The notes: generated by a model from the letters alone, not told the origin. A stretch of 64,000 nucleotides of DNA from an uncultured Gammaproteobacteria bacterium (GCA_945787155.1 CALZHD010000001.1:16817-80816); one strand, 5' to 3'. Positions 49,682-60,480 are shown, numbered from the stretch's first letter. Program-made: numbers and translations.

Positions 49682-50306
49682 CCGTCTCATCAATTTTATT
49701 CTGCTGATCATCCTGTCCTGCCACGGCCTTCGACACCACCACCATTGCCGGACGAATCAGACGATCGCTCAATACATACCCTTTCTGAAATACTGTCATC
49801 ACTGTATTCGGGGCAAAATCGCTCGTCTCCTGCATCGACATCGCCTGATGAAACTCTGGGTTAAACTTCTCGCCCTGCGGATTGACCTCTTTGACGTCAA
49901 ACTTCTCCAGCACTCCGGAAAACATCTGCAGCGTCAACGCCATCCCTTCTCTGATCTTGGCACGCCCCTCATCCTGCTCATCACCCTCGGCAACCGCCGC
50001 CATCCCCATCTCCATGCTATCTTTGACCGGGATTAGCTCTAACGCCAGTTTCTCTACCCCATATTTATGGGCATTGGCCAGGTCACGCTCGGCACGCCGC
50101 TGCGCGTTGGAAAGGTCGGCACGCGCCATCAACAATTGGTTCCAGTGCTCGTCTGCCTTTGCCTGCGCATCTTGCAACGTCAGCAACAGCTCTTCTTGTG
50201 ACAGCGCCGGGGCTTCGTCACCTACAACCTGCTCTCCATTCGTCTCAACCTCAATCTGCGATTCTTCAATGTTGCTTTCCGCAGACGCTTCCTTTTCATT
50301 ACTCAT
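49677..50306 (-). CDS. grpE: Nucleotide exchange factor GrpE
   Basis: FNPEFHQAM, QKGY.L.DRLIRPAMV. Confidence 0.97.
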   Translation of the reverse strand: MSNEKEASAESNIEESQIEVETNGEQVVGDEAPALSQEELLLTLQDAQAKADEHWNQLLMARADLSNAQRRAERDLANAHKYGVEKLALELIPVKDSMEMGMAAVAEGDEQDEGRAKIREGMALTLQMFSGVLEKFDVKEVNPQGEKFNPEFHQAMSMQETSDFAPNTVMTVFQKGYVLSDRLIRPAMVVVSKAVAGQDDQQNKIDETA

Positions 50307-50355
50307 AATTTAAAACTCTCCAACAATATCGTGATAATAATTTAATAATTTAGTT

Positions 50356-50383
50356 ATATAGGGACTATTTTGACTGAGCCAAG
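50356..50383 (-). promoter_or_regulatory. Sigma32-like promoter of grpE
   Basis: Minus strand CTTGGCT-N13-CCCTATAT, overlapping the end of hrcA. Confidence 0.5.
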
Positions 50384-51414
50384 GCGGCGCTCACCAGTTT
50401 TGCAGTCACATCGACGATTGGAATCACGCGCTCATAGGCCATCCGGGTCGGGCCAATCACACCCAAAATGCCGAGCACCTCGCCATCCACCTGATAGCCA
50501 GAGGTCACCATACTGCACTCATCCAGTACGCCATAACCCGACTCATCACCGATGAAGATCTGCACACCATCACCATCGAGGCATTGATCCAGCAGTTGCA
50601 GGATCTGTTGTTTCTCATTAAAGGCCTCGAACAGACCGCGCAATTTATCGATGTTCGAAAGCTCCTCAAATCCCATCAAACGGGTCTGACCACTTAACAC
50701 AAAGTCATCGGTATCCGACGATGATACTGGCTGATCGAACACCTGCTCAGCCATCGTAATCGCCTGATGCATCATCTGCTCCATACCGACCTTGGTCTCA
50801 CGCAACTCCTTAAGTATACGATGGCGCACGTCAAACAGCTCATGCCCCGTCAGCTCGCTATTTAGGAAATTTGCTGATTGCTGCAACTCCGCTGCCGAAT
50901 AATGACGATCTACCTTGATCACAGTGTTCTGCACATCTTTCTCGTTGATTACCAGAATCGCCAGAATGCGGTTGTCAGAGAGCGGCATAAACTCGATATG
51001 ACGCAACGAAGAACGCTTCGCCGTACGCGGTATCATCACCATTCCCGCCATCTCTGTAATTCCCGAAAGGTAGCTCGAAACCGATGCCGCCAGTTCCTGG
51101 TTCGACCCTTCTCCCCCAAACTGGCCACGCATCGTAATAATCTCGCGCTCGCTCAGCGGCTTGATCGTCAACAGTGAATCGACAAAGATACGATAACCCT
51201 TGTTAGTCGGAATACGTCCAGCTGAGGTGTGCGGTGAACTCACCATGCCTAACTCTTCAAGGTCGGCCATCGCATTGCGCACCGTCGCCGCACTCACATC
51301 AAGCCCGGAATCACGCGCCAGGGCCCGCGAACCGACCGGCTGCCCGCTACGAATATAGCTCTCCACTAACACCTTAAGCAGATGCTGGGCGCGATCTCCA
51401 AATTCTTCTGCCAC
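50365..51414 (-). CDS. hrcA: Heat-inducible repressor HrcA
   Basis: PVGSR, SAATVRNAMADLE, PHTSAGRIPT, GVIGPTRM.Y. Confidence 0.97.
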   Translation of the reverse strand: MAEEFGDRAQHLLKVLVESYIRSGQPVGSRALARDSGLDVSAATVRNAMADLEELGMVSSPHTSAGRIPTNKGYRIFVDSLLTIKPLSEREIITMRGQFGGEGSNQELAASVSSYLSGITEMAGMVMIPRTAKRSSLRHIEFMPLSDNRILAILVINEKDVQNTVIKVDRHYSAAELQQSANFLNSELTGHELFDVRHRILKELRETKVGMEQMMHQAITMAEQVFDQPVSSSDTDDFVLSGQTRLMGFEELSNIDKLRGLFEAFNEKQQILQLLDQCLDGDGVQIFIGDESGYGVLDECSMVTSGYQVDGEVLGILGVIGPTRMAYERVIPIVDVTAKLVSAALAQSK

Positions 51415-51478
51415 TGTCTGTCTCGAGGCTTAACCGGCTGCTTAAATACAAAGATAACTGTTCAAAGGCTTGCAACTA

Positions 51479-51505
51479 TTAGCACTCGCAATCTTAGAGT
51501 GCTAA
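51479..51505. promoter_or_regulatory. CIRCE element (HrcA operator)
   Basis: Perfect TTAGCACTC-N9-GAGTGCTAA upstream of hrcA. Confidence 0.95.
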
Positions 51506-51612
51506 ACTTAAATTTGCAAGTCATTGATAAAATGAAGTTATTGGCGATTTGCGGCGTCCGTGATACTTTCGCAACGAGGCGCGTAGAAAATCCGCGTGAA
51601 ACGGAAAAAACA

Positions 51613-52494
51613 ATGACACAACAAACATTTAAAACCGTCGGCTTGATTGGTAAACAGAGTGACCCGCGCGTTGGCGAGGCACTTGAGACCCTGAGTCTCT
51701 ATCTATTGGAACAGGGCATCACTGTCTACCTCGATGAGGTGAATGCCGATATTGTCACTAATAGTGCGCTGGAGGTCTGTAGTCGTAACGAAATTGGTGA
51801 GCGCTGCGACCTCGCCATCGTCGTCGGAGGTGATGGCACGCTGCTCAACGCCGCACGCGCACTGGCCGATCACAATGTGCCGCTGGCCGGTGTTAACCTT
51901 GGTCGCCTCGGCTTTCTGACCGATATTTCGCACGATAATATGATCGAATACCTCGACGAGATCCTGCAAGGCCACTACCTCACAGAAGAACGTTTTCTGC
52001 TCAACAGCACCATCATCCGCCAGGGCGAAAAACTCAATGAAGCGAGCGCCTTCAATGATGTCGTCATCCACAAATGGAATGTCGCCCGCATGATCGAACT
52101 GGAGACCTATATCAATGGCAAACTGGTGAACCAACAACGCTCGGACGGATTGATCATCTCGACACCCACCGGCTCGACCGCCTACGCCCTCTCCGCCGGC
52201 GGACCGATCATCGACCCAACGCTCAACGCCCTGCTGCTGGTACCGGTATGCCCGCACACCATGAGCAATCGCCCTATCGTAGTCGGTGGCGACAATGAAG
52301 TTGAGGTGGTGATCTGCGAGCGTAACCATGACAATGCGCAGGTCACCTGCGATGGTCAGATCAGTTTTGGGCTCTCCTCGGGTGATCGCATCCAGATCAA
52401 AAAGAAAGAACAGCCCATCCAGCTGATCCACCCATCACAACACGACCATTATGAGATTCTCAGGGCCAAACTCCACTGGGCGGAAACCTCGTAA
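51613..52494 (+). CDS. nadK: NAD(+) kinase
   Basis: GGDGT, GRLGFL, ND motif, TPTGSTAY; start taken at ATG 51613. Confidence 0.95.
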   Translation: MTQQTFKTVGLIGKQSDPRVGEALETLSLYLLEQGITVYLDEVNADIVTNSALEVCSRNEIGERCDLAIVVGGDGTLLNAARALADHNVPLAGVNLGRLGFLTDISHDNMIEYLDEILQGHYLTEERFLLNSTIIRQGEKLNEASAFNDVVIHKWNVARMIELETYINGKLVNQQRSDGLIISTPTGSTAYALSAGGPIIDPTLNALLLVPVCPHTMSNRPIVVGGDNEVEVVICERNHDNAQVTCDGQISFGLSSGDRIQIKKKEQPIQLIHPSQHDHYEILRAKLHWAETS

Positions 52495-52508
52495 CAAAGT
52501 ATCAAACC

Positions 52509-54206
52509 ATGCTAAGTCACATCCACATCCGTAATTTTGCCATCGTCGAACAACTCGACCTCGACTTCAATCACGGCCTGTCAGTACTCACCGGCGAAAC
52601 TGGCACCGGTAAATCGATCCTGATCGATGCACTGGGACAGGTACTTGGCGACCGCGCCGACAGCGACATGGTGAGACACGGCAGCGCACGCGCCGAGATC
52701 AGTGCCACCTTTGAACTCAGCGATGCCGCACAGGCGGCGGCATGGCTGCATTCCAATGAACTGGACGACGACAGCAATCCAGGCGAATGCCAACTGCGCC
52801 GCACCGTGACCAAAGAAGGACGCTCCAAAGCCTATATCAACGGTCGCCCGACGACACTGCAAATGTTGCGCGAGCTGGGGGAACAGCTGGTCGACATCCA
52901 CGGTCAGCACGAACATCAGTCACTGGTGAGACGCGATGAACAGCGTCGCCTGCTCGACCACTACGCCAACCACAAAACAGTTGTCGATGAAGTGGCCACC
53001 ACCTTCCGCCAGTGGCAAAAGATCAACCGTGAATTCCAGACGCTAAATGAAGCGGCCAGATCACGTGACCAACAGATAATACTACTGCGCCACCAGACCG
53101 AAGAACTCAAAGCACTCAATCTGACGACGAATGGCCTGCAACAACTGGAAGAGGAACACAAACGCCTCGCCAATGCAGGACAATTGATCAATTCCAGCCA
53201 GGCAGCACTACAGACGCTGGACGATGATGATCACGCCATCAGCCACCAACTGCACCGTGTCACTACGCTGCTGCAACCGCTGCTCGATAGTGACAAACAG
53301 CTTGCCCCCGTGGTCGAGATGGTGGAGAGTGCCGCCATTCAAATCGGTGAGGCGACACACGAACTGCGTCAGCAGCTCGATGCACTCGAGCTTGACCCTC
53401 AACGCCTTAGCGAAGTGGAACAACGTCTCAGTGACATCCATGATGCAGCGCGTAAACATCGCGTACGACCCAAGGAGTTGCCAGCGCATTACCAGACACT
53501 ATGCGACGAACTGGCCTCCCTCGATAACGCAGACGCGACGCTGGATCAGCTCGAAAAAGAGATCGAACTAAAAACCACGCACTACCATAAACTCGCCAGC
53601 AAACTGCGCAAAGGACGTCGCAGCGCAGCTAAAAAACTCAACCAACTCGTCAGTGACAACATGCACAGACTCGGCATGCCGGGGGGCGCATTCGAGATTA
53701 CCGTCACCCCCCTTCAATCTGATGGTGACGATGAAAAGTTTACCGTGCACGGCACAGAGCAGATCGAATTCCTGGTCAAAACAAATCCAAACCAGCTAGC
53801 CAAGGCGCTCAATAAGATCGCCTCCGGGGGTGAACTGTCGCGTATCAGCCTCGCGATTCAGGTAATCACATCACAGCAGGGCGGCATTCCGACATTGATC
53901 TTCGATGAGGTTGACGTTGGCATTGGCGGGCGTGTCGCCGAGATTGTCGGCCAAAAACTGCGCGAGCTGGGCAATTCACGTCAGGTATTGTGTGTTACCC
54001 ACTTGCCACAGGTAGCCGCTCTGGGTCATCATCATCTACAGGTCAATAAACAACTTACGGATGAACGTGTCGAGACTCAGGTGCAAACGCTGAGTGAGAA
54101 AGCACGCAACGAAGAGATCGCGCGCATGCTCGGAGGCATCGACATCACTGATCAGACCCGTGCTCATGCACATGAAATGATCGCAAAGGCGCAACAGCAG
54201 CCGTAA
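52509..54206 (+). CDS. recN: DNA repair protein RecN
   Basis: TGETGTGKS, IHGQH, ASGGELSR, FDEVD, THLPQVA. Confidence 0.97.
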   Translation: MLSHIHIRNFAIVEQLDLDFNHGLSVLTGETGTGKSILIDALGQVLGDRADSDMVRHGSARAEISATFELSDAAQAAAWLHSNELDDDSNPGECQLRRTVTKEGRSKAYINGRPTTLQMLRELGEQLVDIHGQHEHQSLVRRDEQRRLLDHYANHKTVVDEVATTFRQWQKINREFQTLNEAARSRDQQIILLRHQTEELKALNLTTNGLQQLEEEHKRLANAGQLINSSQAALQTLDDDDHAISHQLHRVTTLLQPLLDSDKQLAPVVEMVESAAIQIGEATHELRQQLDALELDPQRLSEVEQRLSDIHDAARKHRVRPKELPAHYQTLCDELASLDNADATLDQLEKEIELKTTHYHKLASKLRKGRRSAAKKLNQLVSDNMHRLGMPGGAFEITVTPLQSDGDDEKFTVHGTEQIEFLVKTNPNQLAKALNKIASGGELSRISLAIQVITSQQGGIPTLIFDEVDVGIGGRVAEIVGQKLRELGNSRQVLCVTHLPQVAALGHHHLQVNKQLTDERVETQVQTLSEKARNEEIARMLGGIDITDQTRAHAHEMIAKAQQQP

Positions 54207-54249
54207 TATTGAATAATTACTTTACAATCTAAACAGGGAGAGCAATCAC

Positions 54250-54543
54250 ATGAGTGCCGAACAACGCCGATTTCCACGCACCTCACTCAATGAAGAGACC
54301 ATCTATTTTCTTCACATCGATGCTGAAAACGATAATGAACGGGTCTACTCTCCTGCCACCATTATCGACATCAGCAAGGGCGGCCTTGGTATGCAGGTCG
54401 GCGTCCCTCACGAAATCGATGATGAACTGTGGCTCGAAGGGATAGAGGGTTTTACCGGTGCGCAACCCGCCCGCGTCAAATGGGTCAAAGATACTGCGGA
54501 TAAAGAGCTATTTACCATCGGGGTGGAATTTAAGGGCGTATAA
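54250..54543 (+). CDS. Stand-alone PilZ-domain protein
   Basis: EQRRFPR and DISKGG motifs; 97 aa; good SD. Confidence 0.85.
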   Translation: MSAEQRRFPRTSLNEETIYFLHIDAENDNERVYSPATIIDISKGGLGMQVGVPHEIDDELWLEGIEGFTGAQPARVKWVKDTADKELFTIGVEFKGV

Positions 54544-54572
54544 AACTGCCCACAGCTCGCGTGACAAAAAGG

Positions 54573-55400
54573 CTATCCGTAAAACACCATATAAAGCAGA
54601 TTGATGAAAAAGTGCAGCAAGACCGCAACCTCAATGCGTCCTCCGCTAAGATGATAAGCCCCGCCATAGAAAAATCCGGCAATGGCCGCCAGCAGCACAA
54701 ATTGCATCCCACCTCCAATATGCACCAGGCCAAACAGCAGTGATACCAGACACAGTGCCGCCTGCCACCCCCAACGCCTGTCGCGCCACTTTGTGACCAG
54801 ATAACGTTGCAGAAGCCCTCGAAAAAAGAGCTCTTCCGCCACGCAGGTCACCAGCAGATTTCCCCAGGCCCACAGCCAAAAATACTGGGGTGCGCCGAAC
54901 CCAGGTGCTTCGATCCCTCCAATCAGTAATGCTAATGAAAAAATCACCACGGGCGCCATCACAAAGAGCCGCCATGTGGCAGCAAATGCGTTACGCAACT
55001 CGACCCACTGCATCATCCGTGGTGCCAGTAACGCGAGTAGCACAAAGGCGACACAGGCTTTATCCAGGTTTCGATAATGCTGCTCTGCAAATACCGGGAT
55101 AGGGGAAAAACCGGGCAACAGGTGTGTTGCCAACGCCAGTGTTAACACTACCACCGCCGTTAGCGAGAGATAATGTCGCCAACCTCGTTCAGACGACCGA
55201 AACAGACAGGCCGCGGCAATCAACAATCCTGTCCACAACAGTGCCAACGGCTGCATCCAGCCCTGAAAGAGGCAAACAACGAGCGTCACTGCAAACAACC
55301 ACCAGGGCAGCCAGATAATGCGGCCACGCTGTGGCACATACCACAGCGACAATATTGCTGAGGTAAAAAGCATCACAAATAATATCGCAGGAAAAGACAT
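54573..55400 (-). CDS. CPBP (CAAX/Abi) family intramembrane glutamic endopeptidase
   Basis: AEELFFRG, FGLVH, HFFIN; many TM segments. Confidence 0.85.
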   Translation of the reverse strand: MSFPAILFVMLFTSAILSLWYVPQRGRIIWLPWWLFAVTLVVCLFQGWMQPLALLWTGLLIAAACLFRSSERGWRHYLSLTAVVVLTLALATHLLPGFSPIPVFAEQHYRNLDKACVAFVLLALLAPRMMQWVELRNAFAATWRLFVMAPVVIFSLALLIGGIEAPGFGAPQYFWLWAWGNLLVTCVAEELFFRGLLQRYLVTKWRDRRWGWQAALCLVSLLFGLVHIGGGMQFVLLAAIAGFFYGGAYHLSGGRIEVAVLLHFFINLLYMVFYG

Positions 55401-55621
55401 CGTCCAGCCGTATTTTAATTACCAGAGTTCCAGAATAAAATCCCGGCCAACCACATGATCAATCCGAGTCCAGAATAGATCTGCCAGCATCAATTTAACA
55501 GGGCAGCTATTATTAATTTAATTACAACGACACACAACCAATGCTCGATACTGATAAAAATCGTGATATTATTCAAACAATGTACACACCCCCCTCCATT
55601 CAGCCAAGTGAATCAGAATCC

Positions 55622-56329
55622 ATGCTGTTAGAAAACTTTTATAGCGAAGCATCCGCTAAGATCCACTTCTCGCGTAAACAGGCCAGCGATTTTGCCAAAG
55701 GGATTGCCGGCGATTTCAACCCCATTCACGATGAAGAGGCAAAACGCTTCTGTGTCCCCGGAGATCTGCTGTTTGCACTGCTGCTCAATAAATACGGCAT
55801 CAGCCAGAAGATGCACTTCACCTTCTCAGGCATGGTACCTGATGGCGTAGCGCTGCATTTTAACAATTCAAATGATGACAAGATCACTATTGTCGATGAT
55901 AATGACAAAGAATATCTCAGTATTACGCGTAGCGGCGCAACTTCCAAAGACGCAGACTTGATTCACAATCTCACCTGTCGCTATGTAGAGTTCTCCGGCC
56001 AGACGTTCCCACACATCCTTGTCCCTCTAATGGCAAAACATCAGGTGATGATTAACCCAGACCGCCCGCTGGTGATCTATGAGAGTATGGTCATCGATAT
56101 CGATGACCTTAACATCGAACAACCTCAACTCGAACTGAATAACTCGACACTCGAAGTGGATGGCAAACGTGGCAGCGTCTGCCTGACATTTAACCTGCTA
56201 TCGAACGGCAATATCATCGGCAAAGGTGAAAAAAATATGGTGTTAAGTGGTCTGCGTGAATATGACGAAACTAAGATTCAACAATTGATCGAAGGCTACG
56301 ATGCACGTAAATCCGGCACCGCTAGCTAG
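55622..56329 (+). CDS. DUF3581 family protein
   Basis: FAKGIAGDFNPIHD...RFCVPGDLLF, FSGQTFPHIL, RPLVIYESM; start taken at ATG 55622. Confidence 0.75.
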   Translation: MLLENFYSEASAKIHFSRKQASDFAKGIAGDFNPIHDEEAKRFCVPGDLLFALLLNKYGISQKMHFTFSGMVPDGVALHFNNSNDDKITIVDDNDKEYLSITRSGATSKDADLIHNLTCRYVEFSGQTFPHILVPLMAKHQVMINPDRPLVIYESMVIDIDDLNIEQPQLELNNSTLEVDGKRGSVCLTFNLLSNGNIIGKGEKNMVLSGLREYDETKIQQLIEGYDARKSGTAS

Positions 56330-56398
56330 CAGGAAAATAAATTGACAGTTCAACTTGACCGTCAACGAAGTTAATCACACCCCGTGAGGTATGATGTT

Positions 56399-57485
56399 CT
56401 AAGAAGAACAACTCAGTTGTAATTTCCCCGCCCATAAAGGAGGTCGTTCTGCATAAGCCCCCATGCCTGGTTGCTCACTATATGGCTTGTGCAACAAAGC
56501 TAACAGGCGATCAATTTCGCTGTAATCACCCTCATCTTCAGCCTTTCGAATGGCCACTTCTACCATGTAGTTACGAAGAATATATTTAGGATTAGCAGTA
56601 TCCATTACATCGCGACGACGTTCATCACAACTCTCTTCATGGAGCAGTCGCTGACGACAGTCATTTATCCAACGGTCAAAGGCCTCGTGATCGACAAATT
56701 TCTCGCGCTGCGGGTGACCACTCGGTTGAGATAACGATATTGCGCCAAGGTCTCGGAAGAAGTTTGTATAGTCGACACGCCCCTCCAATAATCCCAATAA
56801 TTGATTCCACAATTCAAGATCGCCTGACTCACTGCTCATCAACCCTAACTTGGCACGCACAATCGCAAGATAAGCGGCATCAAAATGCGACCAGTAGTCT
56901 GCAAATCGTTCACGCACCAGGTCAATGGCGATTTCACCATCATCATGAATCAATGGCAACAACGCCGTCGCCAGACAGGCAAACGGCCCGTAATCAAGGG
57001 TCAAACCGAGAATCGACATATTGTCGCTATTCATCACCCCATGGCAAAAGCCGCCCCCCTGCCACTGCGCGACCAGTTTGGCAGTCTGTCGCACCACCTC
57101 ATCAAACAGCGCTAGATAAGGATTAGATTCATCACTCAAATGAGAAAAGTGTTCATCCAGTAGATAACCGCCAAGACACTGAAGATTGTTGTGGCACAAA
57201 AGAACCAAATTGATGACCGGCATAGGCCATCGCAAGCGGTTTAGCACCGGGGATTTCACGAGCACCCACCAGTGATTCAACAAAACCATTCTGCCGCGCA
57301 TCATCAGTGGACAACCCCAACAACTCCCCCACCTGTGGGTTGAAGCTTGCCAGATGCGTACCCACCAGCGGCCGTGGTGATGTCAGGTGAAAAAATTAAG
57401 CAGGTAGTGTCGCGTAACGATTTTCAAAGGTAAGCGATTCTAATCCAGTGACTTGTTTGTGAGCTGATTTGAAAATTGAATTCAT
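56399..57485 (-). pseudogene. selO: Degraded protein adenylyltransferase SelO/YdiU
   Basis: AMAYAGHQFG, HGVMNSDN..ILGLTLDYGPF, NPKYILRNY and LSCSS retained; in-frame TAA at 57396-57398; frameshifting deletion near 57188; second deletion near 56980. Confidence 0.85.
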
Positions 57486-57814
57486 GACATGCACATCTTC
57501 GACCGCAGCCGAGCTCGCCTCAATGAAAATAGTTAGATGATTTAGCCGGGGATAATAACCGAGCACTTTACTCAGTCTTTAATCTGAAACACAAGCTTGA
57601 AAAAACAGGCAACTGAATACATATTCACATATAATAGATATCTATCTAATTTCAATAGATTAATTCGTAAGACAATAAAATAGATATTATCAGAAATAAA
57701 GAAAAAACGTCACTTCCCGTTAACTATTTAATCAGTCTCTATTGCCCCACACGCTCCTGTGAGGCACAGGTACGCAACGCTAATAAGCTATATCATCACC
57801 TTGGGAGTCAAGAA

Positions 57815-58297
57815 ATGAGCGAAAAACCAGACGTTGAGAAGATCGGAACATCATCACTAGGCAATGAATTAAGCCTCAAAGAGTGTGAAGTGATTGCCAA
57901 TATTATGGGCGTGCGCGAACTCACTGATGGTGAATCTCTAATCGATGAAAAAGGCCACGAACACACCCTCTTTCTGCTCGCCGACGGCAAACTTGATGTC
58001 ATCAGCTCAGCGGCAAATGAAAATATCCCTGTTTATGCAATGTCACCGGGCGAAGTGGCCGGAACCCGCGCCTTTGTCGACCGAACACCGCGCCGTGCGA
58101 CACTGCGAGCCGTCGGCAACACCACCATCTACACACTGGAACCAGCACCCTTCGAAGCACTACTCCAGAGCCGACCCGATATTGTCTACAAAGTCATGCG
58201 CGCGCTGTTCCGCATCACCCACGATAATCTACGGCGGATGAACAGCGAAACAGAGCAGCTCACCAATTACATCAATAAATCCAACGGACGTTATTAA
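57815..58297 (+). CDS. Stand-alone cyclic nucleotide-binding domain protein
   Basis: GESLIDE, GKLDV, PGEVAG..AF...PRRAT; no HTH. Confidence 0.8.
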   Translation: MSEKPDVEKIGTSSLGNELSLKECEVIANIMGVRELTDGESLIDEKGHEHTLFLLADGKLDVISSAANENIPVYAMSPGEVAGTRAFVDRTPRRATLRAVGNTTIYTLEPAPFEALLQSRPDIVYKVMRALFRITHDNLRRMNSETEQLTNYINKSNGRY

Positions 58298-58307
58298 TCA
58301 ACGTCGA

Positions 58308-58622
58308 CTACCCTTTGTCACCACCCATACACGGTGGAGACAAAGGTGCCTGTCCATGCTTCTCATGCCATTCATCAAGGGTATAGAGGTGCAATGCTAG
58401 CGCATGCACTCCAGACCTAAGCTCGTCCGCAAGCAGCTGATATATCTTCTGATGACGTTTGACCAGGCTCTCATTAACAAATGCATCTGACACCATCACC
58501 ACCTTGAAGTGGGATTCTGAACCTGGTGGCACATTGTGATTGCCACTCTCATTAATCACCTCAAGATGCTGTGGTGCCAGTGCATTAATGAGTTTTTGTT
58601 TGATCTGATTTTGCATCTGCAT
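58308..58622 (-). CDS. bolA: BolA family protein
   Basis: NESGNHNVPPGSESHFK, RHQKIY, HALALH, SPPC.GG. Confidence 0.9.
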   Translation of the reverse strand: MQMQNQIKQKLINALAPQHLEVINESGNHNVPPGSESHFKVVMVSDAFVNESLVKRHQKIYQLLADELRSGVHALALHLYTLDEWHEKHGQAPLSPPCMGGDKG

Positions 58623-58647
58623 ATCTTAATACCTTCGTAGAAAGTAA

Positions 58648-59511
58648 TTACTTTTTTGGCTTTGGGCCACGTCGCCCAGCACGAAAATAATGATGATTGT
58701 CGTAATACCCCTCTTCACTATTATCCTCATCCCAGCCAGGCATTCCCAAGATGGGAAAAGGGGCAAGGTCTTTGGGTACACTCAACTGCTCACGGTCTGC
58801 AAGTAGCTCAACCAAAGCACCATCAACCCACGCCAGTTGTTCGTTATTGCTTAACTGAAAAAATCCCTCTTCACAGTGAAGCAGAATAGTATTCGCGGTC
58901 ATGCCGATATAAGGCTCCAGTCCCTTTTCATACAGTGCATGACCAAAGACGATACACCTGAGCCGTTGCTGCAACGCTTCGCGCTGCTGCCAGAAAAGCG
59001 GTTTCCACTGAAACTCACTGATCATCTGCAACAATTTTTCATCTGATGAAATCACCACAGCCCCGCCCTCATCAAACAGTGACAACATGTTTTCAAGCGG
59101 GGTACGTCTGCCCAGCTCGACTCCAGAGGTAAGACGCGCCTGCGCCAATGGGATATGAATCTCGTTAATCAGCGCCTTGGTTCGGGGAAACATAATCCAC
59201 GTCAGCAACTGAAAGAAATCGTGCCAGTTCTCGGTACGCGTCTGAATTTCACCACTCATATAGATACGCGGCGCATAGTGCTGTTCAAAATGGCCCGGCT
59301 TGTCTGCCTGAGGAACAATGCGCAAAGGAAATCCGTTACGCGTCATCACCGGTGAGGTCTGCTGCTCTAGCAGACGCTGATAGCCATCAAGCATCGGCCA
59401 TTCATCTTTAAATGAGTGGCACCATGATTCAAATGCCACCAGGGTTGAAAACATCGGTGAACGCGATGCAAATGCAGGATCCCACAGAGATGAAACTTCT
59501 AGTCGAGCCAA
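58648..59511 (-). CDS. DUF3025-like protein
   Basis: TRTENWHDFF, FPRTK..N, LFDEGG, FGHALYEK, P.LG.PGW, YFR; TTG start. Confidence 0.75.
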   Translation of the reverse strand: MARLEVSSLWDPAFASRSPMFSTLVAFESWCHSFKDEWPMLDGYQRLLEQQTSPVMTRNGFPLRIVPQADKPGHFEQHYAPRIYMSGEIQTRTENWHDFFQLLTWIMFPRTKALINEIHIPLAQARLTSGVELGRRTPLENMLSLFDEGGAVVISSDEKLLQMISEFQWKPLFWQQREALQQRLRCIVFGHALYEKGLEPYIGMTANTILLHCEEGFFQLSNNEQLAWVDGALVELLADREQLSVPKDLAPFPILGMPGWDEDNSEEGYYDNHHYFRAGRRGPKPKK

Positions 59512-59532
59512 AACAGTAAAACCAAACAGGAA

Positions 59533-60093
59533 TCAGTGCTGTCGATTGCGCCAGTAGTTATAGAGTCCGACCACTGATCCCGGCAACATCTCAATCCAGG
59601 CCTCGTACTCCTCATCATCCATGTCGCTCTCCTCGTCATCATGCAGCAGTGCCAATTTCGCGATGGGGGCCAACAATGTCTGCTCCGCCTTGGGTAACTG
59701 TTCCCAGTGGTGGCTCTGACTGGCAACACCGAGCATAAAACCGAAACACCACCCTTCATAAGACTCAACCACCTCATCCCCATCCACCTCTTCAAGCATC
59801 ATCGGCTCAAAGGGCGACTGACTGGCCAAGGCAGTCGAAATCTCTTGCTGCATACGTAATAGGTAACCACGCATGCGTGCTTCACTCGTAGCATCAGAAA
59901 ATAGCGGAGAGCCCCATACCGCTTCAAGCCACTCATCACATGCGGTCATCTCAGGCCCAACGGTCAACGCCGTCAGGTAGCCGTGCGCCTCATCGACAGT
60001 CAGACGATCTTCGCCCTCCTCCGCTGCCAGTAGAAAACCATCTAATTCGGAGAACTCCTCATCCGTCAGTTGCGCTTCGATTTGGGATGACAT
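59533..60093 (-). CDS. YecA/UPF0149 family protein
   Basis: LTDEEFSELDGFL, GYLTAL.VGP, WCFGFM.G; start taken at ATG 60093. Confidence 0.8.
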   Translation of the reverse strand: MSSQIEAQLTDEEFSELDGFLLAAEEGEDRLTVDEAHGYLTALTVGPEMTACDEWLEAVWGSPLFSDATSEARMRGYLLRMQQEISTALASQSPFEPMMLEEVDGDEVVESYEGWCFGFMLGVASQSHHWEQLPKAEQTLLAPIAKLALLHDDEESDMDDEEYEAWIEMLPGSVVGLYNYWRNRQH

Positions 60094-60231
60094 TAATATA
60101 AGTCCTGTGAGTGAATGAATTATGCCCGCCAATCGTTGCATTGCCGGCAAAACAGACTGTTTCAAATCTTCTGCGTCAAGGGGATTTTAATCGATCTACC
60201 CTCAACATCAAAGTAAACTGTGATATTAAAC

Positions 60232-60480
60232 ATGAAAACACCTGCCGAGATACCATCGCTGCTGCCAGACCCAGAGGTCATGAAAAAATTGATTCACACC
60301 CGCATGCCATTCGGTAAGTACAGTGGCAGACTGCTAATCGATCTACCAGAACCCTACGTGGTGTGGTTTGCCAGCAAGGGTTTTCCATCCGGTGAACTCG
60401 GTGAACTGCTCAGCATCGTCCATGAAATCAAGATTAATGGGCTCGAATCACTCTTCGCCCCACTCAGATCCAGCCCCTGA
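60232..60480 (+). CDS. DUF3820 family protein
   Basis: MPFGKYSGRLLIDLPEPY..WF...GFP.G.LG, EIKINGLE. Confidence 0.85.
   Translation: MKTPAEIPSLLPDPEVMKKLIHTRMPFGKYSGRLLIDLPEPYVVWFASKGFPSGELGELLSIVHEIKINGLESLFAPLRSSP

Noticed and set aside
51382..51612. N-terminal extension of the nadK ORF (likewise fliC to 19920 and lexA to 29835)
   Set aside because: The nadK and lexA extensions run across regulatory sites (CIRCE, lexA -10), and conserved N-termini or SD sequences point to downstream starts in all three
51703..52431. 242-aa ORF antisense to nadK, and similar shadow ORFs over carB, purEK, ligA, recN and fliC
   Set aside because: Fully overlap well-supported genes and carry no recognisable motifs
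54573..55400. CPBP/Abi protease as a phage defence or bacteriocin immunity system
   Set aside because: No adjacent toxin, bacteriocin or defence genes; the family name alone does not imply abortive infection
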